Shown here piece by piece: positions 56,302-64,000 of a stretch of 64,000 nucleotides of DNA. A model generated the notes under the pieces. The model was not told the origin of the DNA, made no database searches, and saw nothing but the letters and a program-made list of their open reading frames with translations. Positions within the stretch are counted from its first letter, which is position 1, and each line of letters starts with the position of its first letter. Source of the DNA: Parcubacteria group bacterium (GTDB lineage: Bacteria; Patescibacteriota; Minisyncoccia; UBA6257; Colwellbacteraceae). Location: NCBI GenBank assembly GCA_041649615.1, contig JBAZMT010000001.1, positions 90,981 through 154,980 on the forward strand, read 5' to 3'. The position numbers and the translations under genes were made by a program.

Positions 56302-56811
56302 TTATGCGATTTTTGACGCCCTTTCTTTAAGCACAAACATAAATGACCTTATGGGAGATGCAATCATACCAACCAACTGACCTAGCAATACTTTTCTTGA
56401 AGGTAGTTGCCCCAGCATAATCACTTCTTCCGCCGGAACGAATCTTTTCTCGTTTATGTCGTATCCACCCAATATTTTGGCGCTGGCGAATTTATACGCC
56501 GGTCCCGCCATAGTGAATATTTCATCTCCCGAAAAAATCGTTCCAACTTGAGAATCAAACATTTCAGGATTGAAATCCAATCCGGCTTCGTTCATAGCAA
56601 CTCTTAAAAGTCTTTTCTTTATGACTTTGAGTTCTCCTCCCACGGCGCGGATGGTTTTTCTGAAATTGTTCAAATCTCCGGTTTTAACTCCGGTAAAGTC
56701 TATGAAAACGATCGAATGACTGTTTTTCAAGTCACCACTCTCGTTTTTTATTATTTCTTTCTTTTGATCTTTTGTAAGCATAGGACGCTTGTTTTTACGA
56801 CCTTTAGGCAC
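56302..56811 (-). CDS. rplJ: ribosomal protein L10
   Basis: 169 aa; position upstream of rplL. Confidence 0.9.
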   Translation of the reverse strand: MPKGRKNKRPMLTKDQKKEIIKNESGDLKNSHSIVFIDFTGVKTGDLNNFRKTIRAVGGELKVIKKRLLRVAMNEAGLDFNPEMFDSQVGTIFSGDEIFTMAGPAYKFASAKILGGYDINEKRFVPAEEVIMLGQLPSRKVLLGQLVGMIASPIRSFMFVLKERASKIA

Positions 56812-56937
56812 CGCGCTTCGGTTTCACGCAAATAAAAAACCGCGGAAACCGCAGCAGGAGTAGAATTATATCCTCCGGAGGGCGCCTTACGGCATTAGTC
56901 CTTTTCAGGAACCCAACCTTCTGCGGATGCTAAAGCC
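56812..56937 (-). promoter_or_regulatory. rplJ 5' leader with attenuator-like hairpin + U6 (possible L10 autoregulatory leader)
   Basis: minus-strand ...CUGCGGUUUCCGCGGUUUUUUAUUUG ~20 nt before SD region. Confidence 0.3.
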
Positions 56938-56966
56938 ATACTACGTAAAAAGGCTCACTGTGTCAA
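56938..56966 (-). promoter_or_regulatory. sigma-70-like promoter for rplJL: TTGACA-17-TAGTAT
   Basis: minus-strand TTGACACAGTGAGCCTTTTTACGTAGTAT. Confidence 0.45.
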
Positions 56967-57592
56967 TCGGAAATAAGAGGTACAAATGAGAAGCCCGGGT
57001 ATTCCTTAACGTCAAATTCCGAACCTGAAATCTTATCGGCGACAACAAGCCTTTCCGAGATCGGCATGACAATCCGTCCTCCGACCGCAAGCGTGTTTTT
57101 CCAAGATTCGGGAACATTGTCATATTCGGCCGCGGAAACGATTTTATCAAAAACCGGCCACGAAGGATCAATATTCAAGGCGTTACCGCTAATCGCTTCC
57201 ACTGTGCCTTTGGAAATAAGACCGAATTTTTCCAAATTCAATTTGGCCGTATCGGCGAGATCTTTGACGCGTTCAACCGTAATGACTTTTCCTTCGGGAG
57301 CAACGATATTTGCGATAAGCGCCGCCTGCCAGCCGGAGCCGGTACCGACGTCAAGAATTTCATCCCCTCTTTGCGGATTTAAGAGATTTAAAATAAAGGC
57401 GACCGTGAACGGCTGGGAAATCGTCTGATCGTATCCTATGGGTAGAGGTCTATCCTCCCCCGCAAAAGATTTTTGATCTTCGGGCAAAAATTTTGAACGA
57501 TCAGTTTCCCGAAACGCCCGTTCTAGTTCCGGCGATTTGATATAACCTTGGAGAACGAGCTTGTTTACCAGATTTTCGTATTCGCTGTCCAC
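56963..57592 (-). CDS. pcm: protein-L-isoaspartate O-methyltransferase
   Basis: SQPFTVAF, ILDVGTGSGWQAA SAM motif I. Confidence 0.85.
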   Translation of the reverse strand: MDSEYENLVNKLVLQGYIKSPELERAFRETDRSKFLPEDQKSFAGEDRPLPIGYDQTISQPFTVAFILNLLNPQRGDEILDVGTGSGWQAALIANIVAPEGKVITVERVKDLADTAKLNLEKFGLISKGTVEAISGNALNIDPSWPVFDKIVSAAEYDNVPESWKNTLAVGGRIVMPISERLVVADKISGSEFDVKEYPGFSFVPLISD

Positions 57593-57603
57593 GAGCGATT
57601 TTG

Positions 57604-57774
57604 TTATTTGCCCGATTCTTTGTGGGCCGTGCGCTTTTTGCAGTGAGCGCAGAACTTTAAAAGATTAAGTTTTCCTTCGGCGGTTTTCTTGTTTTTGCGG
57701 GTGTAATAATTCACCCGTCCGCATTCGGAGCACTTAAGCCTGATTAAATTTTCGGAATATTTGGACTTGGCCAT
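57604..57774 (-). CDS. rpmG: ribosomal protein L33 (56 aa; below ORF-track cutoff, found by manual translation)
   Basis: MAKSKYSENLIRLKCSECGRVNYYTRKNKKTAEGKLNLLKFCAHCKKRTAHKESGK. Confidence 0.75.
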   Translation of the reverse strand: MAKSKYSENLIRLKCSECGRVNYYTRKNKKTAEGKLNLLKFCAHCKKRTAHKESGK

Positions 57775-57851
57775 TCGGAGTTCAATTTAGCTATTTTAGG
57801 CGAATTTTGCAAGATTTAACGTATTTGAGATATTATCGGAAGTGTTAAAGT

Positions 57852-57923
57852 GCCACCTTAGCTCAGCGGCAGAGCAACACTTTTGTAAAGTGTGGGTCCT
57901 CGGTTCAAATCCGAGAGGTGGCT
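57852..57923 (+). tRNA. tRNA-Thr (anticodon UGU)
   Basis: acceptor GCCACCU/AGGUGGC, anticodon loop UUUGUAA, T-arm CUCGG-UUCAAAU-CCGAG, U73. Confidence 0.85.
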
Positions 57924-57925
57924 CA

Positions 57926-58095
57926 CGAGGATTTGAACGTCGAGTGGGGTCGGGAGAACGCTTTAAGCGGTCTCCCGTGTAGGAAGATATTAGAAACCGA
58001 GGGTTTCTAAAGCAAAGCGAATCCGTTTCCGCCAATCGACGGGTAGCGGAAACGGGGGCGGATGAGCGAGCAGTGAAAATCCGAGAGGTGGCTCA
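57926..58095 (+). repeat. tRNA-adjacent conserved structured repeat, copy 2 (3' end duplicates tRNA-Thr 3' end)
   Basis: starts CGAGGAUUUGAAC (revcomp of T-loop GUUCAAAUCC); core 78/80 identical to copy 1; unique 10-bp hairpin CCGUUUCCGC/GCGGAAACGG; ends AAAATCCGAGAGGTGGCTCA (19/20 = tRNA 3' end). Confidence 0.6.
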
Positions 58096-58141
58096 AAATT
58101 CTTGTCATCTTTGCTTAAATACGGCTAAAATGACGAAGCTA

Positions 58142-58213
58142 GCCAAAGTAGTTCAGTGGTAGAACGCCTTCTTGGTAAGAAGGAGGTCGTGGGTCCGATT
58201 CCCACCTTTGGCT
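58142..58213 (+). tRNA. tRNA-Thr (anticodon GGU)
   Basis: acceptor GCCAAAG/CUUUGGC, anticodon loop UUGGUAA, T-arm GUGGG-UCCGAUU-CCCAC. Confidence 0.85.
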
Positions 58214-58273
58214 CAAGGAGCGCTTTGCGATGACGAGTTAGTTTGTTTAAAATAGTAGGCGTTCCGACATTAC

Positions 58274-58359
58274 GCACAGGTGGTAGAGCGGTCAATTACA
58301 ACAGACTGTAAATCTGTCGCCTTCGGGCTACGCAGGTTCGAATCCTGCCCTGTGCACCA
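58274..58359 (+). tRNA. tRNA-Tyr (anticodon GUA), long variable arm with UUCG loop, CCA encoded
   Basis: acceptor GCACAGG/CCUGUGC, anticodon loop CUGUAAA, V-arm GCC-UUCG-GGC, T-arm GCAGG-UUCGAAU-CCUGC, ACCA. Confidence 0.85.
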
Positions 58360-58383
58360 TATCCCGCTTGCGGGATATTTTTG
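58360..58383 (+). terminator. Rho-independent terminator directly after tRNA-Tyr
   Basis: UAUCCCG-CUUG-CGGGAUA-UUUUUG. Confidence 0.5.
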
Positions 58384-58390
58384 TTTAGAA

Positions 58391-58525
58391 GAGGATTCGA
58401 ACGTTCAAGGGGGTCGGGGAAATCTTCTAAAGATTTCCCCGTGTAGGAGAATATTAAGAACCGAGGGTTCTTAAAGAGGAGCAAGTGAAGACGAGTGAGC
58501 AGTGAAATTTCTCCCCTGTGCACCA
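58391..58525 (+). repeat. tRNA-adjacent conserved structured repeat, copy 3 (diverged; 3' end duplicates tRNA-Tyr 3' end incl. CCA)
   Basis: starts GAGGAUUCGAAC (revcomp of T-loop GUUCGAAUCC); core ~75% identical to copies 1/2 with compensatory changes in both hairpins; ends CCCCTGTGCACCA. Confidence 0.6.
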
Positions 58526-58532
58526 AGACCTG

Positions 58533-58578
58533 AAGCCCCTCCCCAGTTTTAATAAAAAACTGGGGAGGGGCTTTTTAT
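58533..58578. terminator. strong hairpin terminator after repeat copy 3
   Basis: AAGCCCCTCCCCAG-TTTTAATAAAAAA-CTGGGGAGGGGCTT then TTTTATT. Confidence 0.55.
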
Positions 58579-58644
58579 TATCTTTTGACCCCTTTGAATA
58601 GAATATGTTATTTAAGAGTTAGGTCTTAAAAAGGAGGAATAATA

Positions 58645-59046
58645 ATGAGTATTAAGCCGATGTCTCTCAAAGACAGGCGAAAAAGCTGCTTGTACCAAGC
58701 CGAACGATGGCTTAAGCTATTGCGTCCCGGTATCCCCAACTATGAAACGGTAGCGGGTTATATACGCGAAGAGATGAAAGAAGGAGGATTTACCCTTTGC
58801 GATCTGGGAATTACCGAAGAAGAATTCAAGGCAATGTGTCTTAAAGGCCGTGAGGCAAAAGCGAGACAGTTATTACACTATCTACGCCGGAGCACTGAAC
58901 GGAGCAGTCTTCATTCCATCATAACCATAGTGGACGGCATTCACGAAGAGGTTCGATTGGGCAAGTTCAATCTTGCCGACATCGGCACGAGTCTGGACGA
59001 GTTAATGTCCTTCATCAACAAGAAAAAAGAAGAGGCCCCCGCTTGA
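58645..59046 (+). CDS. hypothetical protein (133 aa) with canonical SD (AAGGAGG)
   Basis: no recognisable motifs; strong RBS AAAAGGAGGAATAATA-ATG; flanked by terminators. Confidence 0.3.
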   Translation: MSIKPMSLKDRRKSCLYQAERWLKLLRPGIPNYETVAGYIREEMKEGGFTLCDLGITEEEFKAMCLKGREAKARQLLHYLRRSTERSSLHSIITIVDGIHEEVRLGKFNLADIGTSLDELMSFINKKKEEAPA

Positions 59047-59058
59047 GGGGTCTTTTAT

Positions 59059-59367
59059 TTACACAGGGATTCCCGTGCCGTTCTTCTTATTAGAATCTCC
59101 TTTGACGTTTTTTAACTTGTCGGTTACAAAGTTGTCCGCTTTCAGAATAATTATTTTAGTTTTCCGAAGCGCTTTATGCATAATGAGATTCAAAGAATCG
59201 TCTATTTTGTCCAAAGGAATTTTTTTCGCCAGTCGCGCCAATCTTTCTTTTCGCGGTTTACGAACGGCAACTTCGTCCTCAATTCGAGGAAGCGCTCGCG
59301 CCAAAATAAAAACTATCGCGCCGAGCGCCAAAAAAATTATGGTCTCAAGAATGAAGCTATAAAGCAT
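59059..59367 (-). CDS. small N-terminally anchored membrane protein, unknown function
   Basis: 102 aa; TM ETIIFLALGAIVFILARAL then charged tail. Confidence 0.25.
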   Translation of the reverse strand: MLYSFILETIIFLALGAIVFILARALPRIEDEVAVRKPRKERLARLAKKIPLDKIDDSLNLIMHKALRKTKIIILKADNFVTDKLKNVKGDSNKKNGTGIPV

Positions 59368-59800
59368 AGCGGCAGAATTTCGCTATTTGAATGTTCTCGC
59401 CCACTTTGGCGATTACGCCTTTAATGAGATTCTCAATAGTAACACTCTCGTTCTTTATGAAAGGAGATGTCAGGAGCGCGGTAACGTCTTCCGGCTCCAT
59501 TGCGGCGATTTGCATGGCAACGTCGCGCGCCAACTGTTTAAAGTCTTCGGTGCGAGCGACGAAATCGGTTTCGCATCTTATATCAAGCAAAACGCCGATA
59601 CGGTCGTTATGAATGTAAGAAAAAATAAGTCCCGCGCCGGTCGTCCGATCGGCTTTCTTTTCTGCTTTAACGAGTCCCCTTTCTTGGATGATTTGAATCG
59701 CCCTATCCATGTCGCCCGAGGCTTCTTCAAGAGCGCGTTTCGCATCCATTACTCCGGCACCGGTTTTCTCTCTTAAGTCCTTAATGTCTTCCGCAGTCAT
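59357..59800 (-). CDS. tsf: elongation factor Ts (short form)
   Basis: UBA-like N-term LREKTGAGVMDAKRAL, 147 aa. Confidence 0.85.
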   Translation of the reverse strand: MTAEDIKDLREKTGAGVMDAKRALEEASGDMDRAIQIIQERGLVKAEKKADRTTGAGLIFSYIHNDRIGVLLDIRCETDFVARTEDFKQLARDVAMQIAAMEPEDVTALLTSPFIKNESVTIENLIKGVIAKVGENIQIAKFCRYAL

Positions 59801-59815
59801 ATCTGGTTTCTTATT

Positions 59816-60640
59816 TTACTCTTTTTCCCCCTTTTCGGGAACGGTGTTTACTTGGATGACGTTTTTAAGAGAATCTTCCAAGTAATTCATAATCCATTTT
59901 ACGCTTTCGCCAAGTCTGTTGTTCGCCGAAACCGGATAATCGGCGATTTTAGGATCGGTATCCGTATTGATAATCGCGACTACCGGGATGTTCGTAACGT
60001 GCGCCTCTCTTATGGCCGTTTTATTCGATTGGACGTCAAGAACGAGCACGGCTCCCGGAAGTCCCGTCATTTTCGTTAATCCCTCAAAAAGCAGTCTCAT
60101 CTTTTCAATTTTCTTATCAAGAAGAACTCTTTCTTTCTTGGTGTATTTTTGAAGCGCTCCGCTTTCTTTGTCCGAAAGAAGTTTGTTGTAATATTTTATC
60201 CTTCCTTCAATGGCTTTGAAGTTCGTTAAAGTGCCGCCGAGCCATCTTTCGGCAACGTAAGGCAAATCAAGTTTCGTTCCGAATTCTTTGGCCGCGAATT
60301 TGGCGGCCGGAGAGGTGCCCACGATTATTATTTTTTTGCCCGAAGAAGAAATTGATTTCAAAAAAGCGGCCGCTCTTTCAAGTTCTTTTATGGTATTTTC
60401 CAAATTTATTATTTCAGTACCGCTTCTCGTCGCAAAGATACGCGATTTCATCTCCGGATGGGTTTTGCTCTTCGCGAGACCGTAAAGAAGTCCGGCTTCG
60501 GCCATTTCCTGGAGAAGCAAAACTTCTTCAGCCGAAAGAGCGGGCCTTTCGACAACTCCGGGGTTTTCAGCCTCAATCGAGTCGGTTTCTTTGCTGGTTT
60601 CGAGAGATAGATCTTTGGTTTCTTCCTTAGTGGTAGTCAT
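59816..60640 (-). CDS. rpsB: ribosomal protein S2 with ~35-aa acidic N-terminal extension
   Basis: LLEAGLLYG..., GGTLTNF, VLVLDVQSNKTAIREA. Confidence 0.9.
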   Translation of the reverse strand: MTTTKEETKDLSLETSKETDSIEAENPGVVERPALSAEEVLLLQEMAEAGLLYGLAKSKTHPEMKSRIFATRSGTEIINLENTIKELERAAAFLKSISSSGKKIIIVGTSPAAKFAAKEFGTKLDLPYVAERWLGGTLTNFKAIEGRIKYYNKLLSDKESGALQKYTKKERVLLDKKIEKMRLLFEGLTKMTGLPGAVLVLDVQSNKTAIREAHVTNIPVVAIINTDTDPKIADYPVSANNRLGESVKWIMNYLEDSLKNVIQVNTVPEKGEKE

Positions 60641-60682
60641 TATGATAATGACCCACAGTATATGGTCTTAAGAGCTGATGTG

Positions 60683-61330
60683 TCAACGTTTTAGGCCTTT
60701 TTTTTCGCGCCACTCCTTGATTTTCGCGGAATGTCCGCTTAAGAGAACTTTGGGCACAGGCCATTTTTTGTTACTCTCTGGAACAAAAATTTCAGGTCGG
60801 GTATAGGTCGGATACGAGCCCTTGATCGTTTCAAGAGATTCGGTTTTTCCGAGAACGCCCGGGATGCGGCGACTTACCGCCTCTATAAGAACCATGGCGG
60901 GCAATTCACCGCCAGCAAGTACGTAGTCTCCGATGGAAACACTCTCGTCTGCAACGTGCGCGGCCACGCGCTCATCAACTCCTTCGTAGCGGCCGCAAAT
61001 CATAATCAGCCGATCATATTTCGCGAGTCGGCTTATGAGGGCTTCGTCCAGTTTTTTGCCGCGAGGAGAAAAAAGAATAACTCGCGTTTTTTTGGATTTT
61101 TTTCCGCGGATCTTTTTAATCGCTCTATAAACCGGCGCGACTTCTATAACCATTCCGGGGCCTCCGCCAAAAGGTCTGTCATCAACTTTTTTATGTCTAT
61201 TTTCGGAAAAATCTCTTAAATTCCAAGTCCTGACTTGAATTAATTTTTTACTTATGGCGCGCTTAATAAGCGATTCACGGAGAAAAGAATCAAAAATACG
61301 AGGAAATATTGTAATAATCTCAAATTTCAT
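60683..61330 (-). CDS. trmD: tRNA (guanine37-N1)-methyltransferase
   Basis: SPOUT knot motifs DDRPFGGGPGMV, 215 aa. Confidence 0.9.
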   Translation of the reverse strand: MKFEIITIFPRIFDSFLRESLIKRAISKKLIQVRTWNLRDFSENRHKKVDDRPFGGGPGMVIEVAPVYRAIKKIRGKKSKKTRVILFSPRGKKLDEALISRLAKYDRLIMICGRYEGVDERVAAHVADESVSIGDYVLAGGELPAMVLIEAVSRRIPGVLGKTESLETIKGSYPTYTRPEIFVPESNKKWPVPKVLLSGHSAKIKEWREKKGLKR

Positions 61331-61398
61331 TTTAAAAAATGAGACAACGTGAACGAGCCCCGTTATGTGCTAAGCAACGGAAAAACCAATACCACTAA

Positions 61399-61701
61399 TT
61401 AGTACTGCGAGGACGATTCTCCTCCCGTAGAAGGCCTTTGACGTTCTCCTCCGGGTTCTTCTATCTTCAGATTGACTCTCGCGTTATTTTTAACGCCCAC
61501 TATTCGGAGAAGGGAACGGATTGCTTTTGCCGTGCTTCCCTCGCGTCCGATTATCTGTCCCATGTCCTGGGGATTTACCTTAAGAGAAAGCAAGACACCC
61601 ATTTCGTCAATTTGCCTTGTGACAACCACATCTTCCGGGTGGTCAACGATGGACTTAATAAGAAATTCTAGGAATTGCTGATCGGCGGTTGATTGATCCA
61701 T
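61399..61701 (-). CDS. khpA: KH-domain RNA-binding protein (KhpA/YlqC-like)
   Basis: GQIIGREGSTAKAIRSLL GxxG KH motif; location between rpsP and trmD. Confidence 0.7.
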   Translation of the reverse strand: MDQSTADQQFLEFLIKSIVDHPEDVVVTRQIDEMGVLLSLKVNPQDMGQIIGREGSTAKAIRSLLRIVGVKNNARVNLKIEEPGGERQRPSTGGESSSQY

Positions 61702-61729
61702 TCGCGCGGTTTTATTTTTTTAAGAATTT

Positions 61730-61975
61730 TTACGACCTTTTTTCTTCTATTCCCGATTTTTTAATGTAGGCGGCGGCGGTTTCAGAGGGTTTTGCGCCGG
61801 AAGAAATCCAATGAGAAATTCTCTCTTTTTTTAACTCAAATCTGTCGGCGTGAGGATCAACAAATCCCAAGTCTTCAATAAATTTGCTCTTTATTTTTGA
61901 GCGCGCTTCCGCGACCACAACCCTGAAAGAGGCATGGCCTTTTTTTCCGATGCGACGAAGTCTGATGGATAACAT
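61730..61975 (-). CDS. rpsP: ribosomal protein S16
   Basis: MLSIRLRRIGKKGHASFRVVVAE. Confidence 0.9.
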   Translation of the reverse strand: MLSIRLRRIGKKGHASFRVVVAEARSKIKSKFIEDLGFVDPHADRFELKKERISHWISSGAKPSETAAAYIKKSGIEEKRS

Positions 61976-62040
61976 AAGTCTTTCGGAATGGTATTAGAAA
62001 AAGCCCCTTTTGTCAATTTATTCCGGATAAGTTCCCGGTC

Positions 62041-64000
62041 TTAGGACAATCTAAGCGAAACCAATTTGGACGCTCCATCCTCTCCCATCGTTACTCCGTA
62101 CAAGGCGTTCGCCGATTCCATCGTCGCCCTGTTGTGAGTGACGATTATAAACTGCGTTTTACCCTCAAACTGCAAAAGCATTTTGCCGAAAAGACGGGCA
62201 TTCCGCTCGTCAAGCGCCGCATCCACTTCGTCCAAAACGATAAAGGGAGGCGGAGAAATAGAAACGAGACCAAAAAGAATGGCCGTTGAAAGAAGGCTTC
62301 TTTCTCCGCCCGAGAGAACTTCAAGGCCTTTGATTCTTTTTTTAGGCAGAGAAACTTCTATTTCTATGCCCTGTTTCGATTCTTCCTCTTCTATTGGAAG
62401 ATCCGTTTCTCCCGCCACTTTGGGAATAATCACGGGCGGTTCTTCAAGTTTAAAGGCGATTTTTCCTCCGCCGAACATAAGCTTCGAAAAGCCTGAAAGC
62501 TCTTTGTTTATTTTTCCCAAAGCATCGGAAAATTCGCGGTGAATTTTGTAATCAAGTTCTTTGATCAGAGTTTTCAGATCGGCGGAAGCTTTTTCCAATT
62601 CATCAATCTGCGCCGAAGTGGAACTGAATCTGATCTCGGCTTCTTCGGATTCTTTGATTATGGACTCGTCAACTTCGCCGATGGAGGCGAGTTCACCTCT
62701 CAACCGATAAATCCTTCTCTCGGCAGATATCGGGTCGGTTATTTTCGTTTCCGGCTTGCTCGTTTCGCGCCGAGGTAAACCCATAAATTCGGAGAAGGAT
62801 TTCCCCATCGCAGCAAGTTGATGTTCAAGTTCCGTTTTCCGGTATTTTATTTTTTCTTTTTCAAAAGAAAGCTTTTTGTTTCTGTCTTCCAGCTCATCAA
62901 GTTCGTCTTTTTTCGTTTCAACCGCTTTAATCGCTTTCCTAAAAGACGAATTGAAATCTTCCATTTCGGCGGTAAGTTTTTTTTCTATAGTATCCAGTTC
63001 GTCCAACGCTTTGTTGAACGCCTCCATCTTCGCTTCAAATTCGGGATTAAGAGAAGCAGCCGCCCTGATGCCGTTCGGCACGGGGTAAACTTTTTCTTCC
63101 AATTCCTCGGTAAGCGAAATTATTTTTTGGAGAGCTTCTTTAAGAGAATCGGGGTTCCCCGAAATCGCGGAAAAAGCCAGCGCTTTTATCTCGCGGATAA
63201 TGACCATCGGATCTTTTTTGTTCCGAGGCATCGCAGAAACAACGGGAGAAGTGGAAAGACGTTCGTTAAATAGCTCTCTTCTCTTTAGTCTTATTTTTTC
63301 AAGCTGTTTCTTCGCTTCCGGTTCGGAAGATTCCACCTGCCTCAATTCTTTCTCCAGTTCGGAAATTTCTTTCTTTTTCCCCAAAATAATTTCTCCCAAA
63401 GCGGCGATTTCGGGATCATAGCGGGACAAGTCGTTCAAAATTTCTCTCACTTTTCCGCCGTAAAAGGCGGTTTCCAGTTCGGAAAGTTCCGCCAGAAGTT
63501 TGTCTCTCTCGGCGTATCGCCCCACTTGCCTCCGAAGCACTCGGATATGCGGTTTCATTTCCTCAATCATCGCTTTCGCTTTATCCAAGTTTATCCGCGT
63601 GTTTCGAAGTTCGCGTTCCGAAGAATGTTTTTTCAATAAATATTCTTTCAGCCCCAATATTTCTTCAATGAGAATCCTTCTTTCCTCGGGACTCGCTCTT
63701 AGAAACGAATCGCTCTCGCCTTGGCTAATAATATTTAGCCCTCGCGCGCCGAGTCTCCCGCGGGCGAAAAAATCAATGATGTCCCGCAAAAGAACTTCCG
63801 ACTGATTTAGAAGAAATCTGGATTCGCCATCGCGGTCCACTCTTCTCGTGATGGCGACTTCCTTGTATTCAACGGGAAAAAAACCGGACGAGTTATCAAA
63901 ATAAATGGAAGCTTGGGCAAAACCGGAACGGGCGCGTTTTTCGGTGCCCGCGAAGATAAGATCATCCGCCTTGGCGCCTCTCAAGCTTTTCGCTTCTCTT
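62041..64000 (-). CDS. smc: chromosome segregation protein SMC (C-terminal ~650 aa; N-terminal Walker A head lies beyond window end)
   Basis: long coiled coils, hinge, C-terminal ABC signature LSGGERSLLSTAILF, Walker B FIVLDEVDAALD. Confidence 0.85.
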   Translation of the reverse strand, partial: REAKSLRGAKADDLIFAGTEKRARSGFAQASIYFDNSSGFFPVEYKEVAITRRVDRDGESRFLLNQSEVLLRDIIDFFARGRLGARGLNIISQGESDSFLRASPEERRILIEEILGLKEYLLKKHSSERELRNTRINLDKAKAMIEEMKPHIRVLRRQVGRYAERDKLLAELSELETAFYGGKVREILNDLSRYDPEIAALGEIILGKKKEISELEKELRQVESSEPEAKKQLEKIRLKRRELFNERLSTSPVVSAMPRNKKDPMVIIREIKALAFSAISGNPDSLKEALQKIISLTEELEEKVYPVPNGIRAAASLNPEFEAKMEAFNKALDELDTIEKKLTAEMEDFNSSFRKAIKAVETKKDELDELEDRNKKLSFEKEKIKYRKTELEHQLAAMGKSFSEFMGLPRRETSKPETKITDPISAERRIYRLRGELASIGEVDESIIKESEEAEIRFSSTSAQIDELEKASADLKTLIKELDYKIHREFSDALGKINKELSGFSKLMFGGGKIAFKLEEPPVIIPKVAGETDLPIEEEESKQGIEIEVSLPKKRIKGLEVLSGGERSLLSTAILFGLVSISPPPFIVLDEVDAALDERNARLFGKMLLQFEGKTQFIIVTHNRATMESANALYGVTMGEDGASKLVSLRLS

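Noticed and set aside
57926-58095. Whether the tRNA-adjacent repeats are tmRNA (ssrA), because they end in a tRNA-like T-arm/acceptor 3' strand (CCA for the Tyr copy) and start with GGAUUCGAAC-like sequence reminiscent of the tmRNA 5' region
   Set aside because: They are far too short (135-170 nt). They have no tag reading frame ending in an Ala-rich peptide plus stop, and no 5' acceptor strand complementary to the 3' strand. There are four different copies matching four different tRNAs.
1-64000. CRISPR arrays, rRNA genes, integrase/transposase/reverse-transcriptase genes, restriction-modification or toxin-antitoxin pairs
   Set aside because: None found. The only repeats are the tRNA-adjacent family and short palindromes. 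No ORF has integrase, transposase, RT, Cas, HEPN or methyltransferase-specificity motifs. The repeat elements therefore appear non-autonomous within this window.

Overview
This 64 kb window looks like part of a small, streamlined bacterial genome. There is no L30 gene between S5 and L15, many proteins are shortened, and operon composition is non-canonical, which is most consistent with a CPR/Patescibacteria-like organism; that placement is inference, not proven. I found about 90 genes, nearly all on the minus strand, and no rRNA genes or CRISPR arrays.

Gene content, in order:
- mreC (partial) and mreB, proS, rseP, frr, holB and a second mreB paralog.
- A PEGA-domain membrane protein, then map and adk.
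- A large r-protein cluster on the minus strand: rpsL-rpsG-fusA-tuf-rpsJ-rplC-D-W-B-rpsS-rplV-rpsC-rplP-rpsQ-rplN-X-E-rpsN-rpsH-rplF-R-rpsE, a 62-aa rplO, and secY.
- rpmB, an M50 protease, a secreted PIG-L deacetylase and tRNA-Pro.
- ndk, aspS, comEC (as two ORFs), a DJ-1 protein, mnmA and efp.
- A tight 3-gene cassette: sigma-70 region 4 HTH protein, membrane protein and FtsK/HerA/TraD-type ATPase.
- secDF, tRNA-Lys, and dnaJ with an inserted membrane protein, dnaK and grpE.
- cysS, dnaB, recR, rplU and tRNA-Glu.
- A dcw fragment: PBP, ftsL, rsmH, mraZ.
- tgt, ppaC, a PolB-exo-like exonuclease, rarA, three small Cys-rich proteins, tRNA-Val and a NUDIX protein.
- rplL, rplJ, pcm, rpmG (found by manual translation), and a tRNA-Thr/Thr/Tyr array.
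- tsf, rpsB, trmD, khpA, rpsP and smc (partial).

The most unusual feature is a family of four non-coding repeats with a conserved structured core of about 80 nt. Each sits directly 3' of a tRNA gene (Glu, Thr-UGU, Tyr, Lys). Each begins with the reverse complement of that tRNA's T-arm and, in the three full copies, ends with a direct copy of that tRNA's 3' end.

Other notable points:
- The HTH/membrane/ATPase cassette has no obvious described counterpart.
- A 141-nt element with 13-bp inverted repeats lies between secY and adk.
- rplO encodes only the N-terminal 62 aa of L15, and no L30 or L29 gene is present in the cluster.
- proS lacks the editing domain and carries a zinc-ribbon insertion instead.
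- Several genes (adk, rpsL, cysS, the mreB2 operon) have a -10 box only 6-7 nt upstream of the start codon, suggesting leaderless transcripts.
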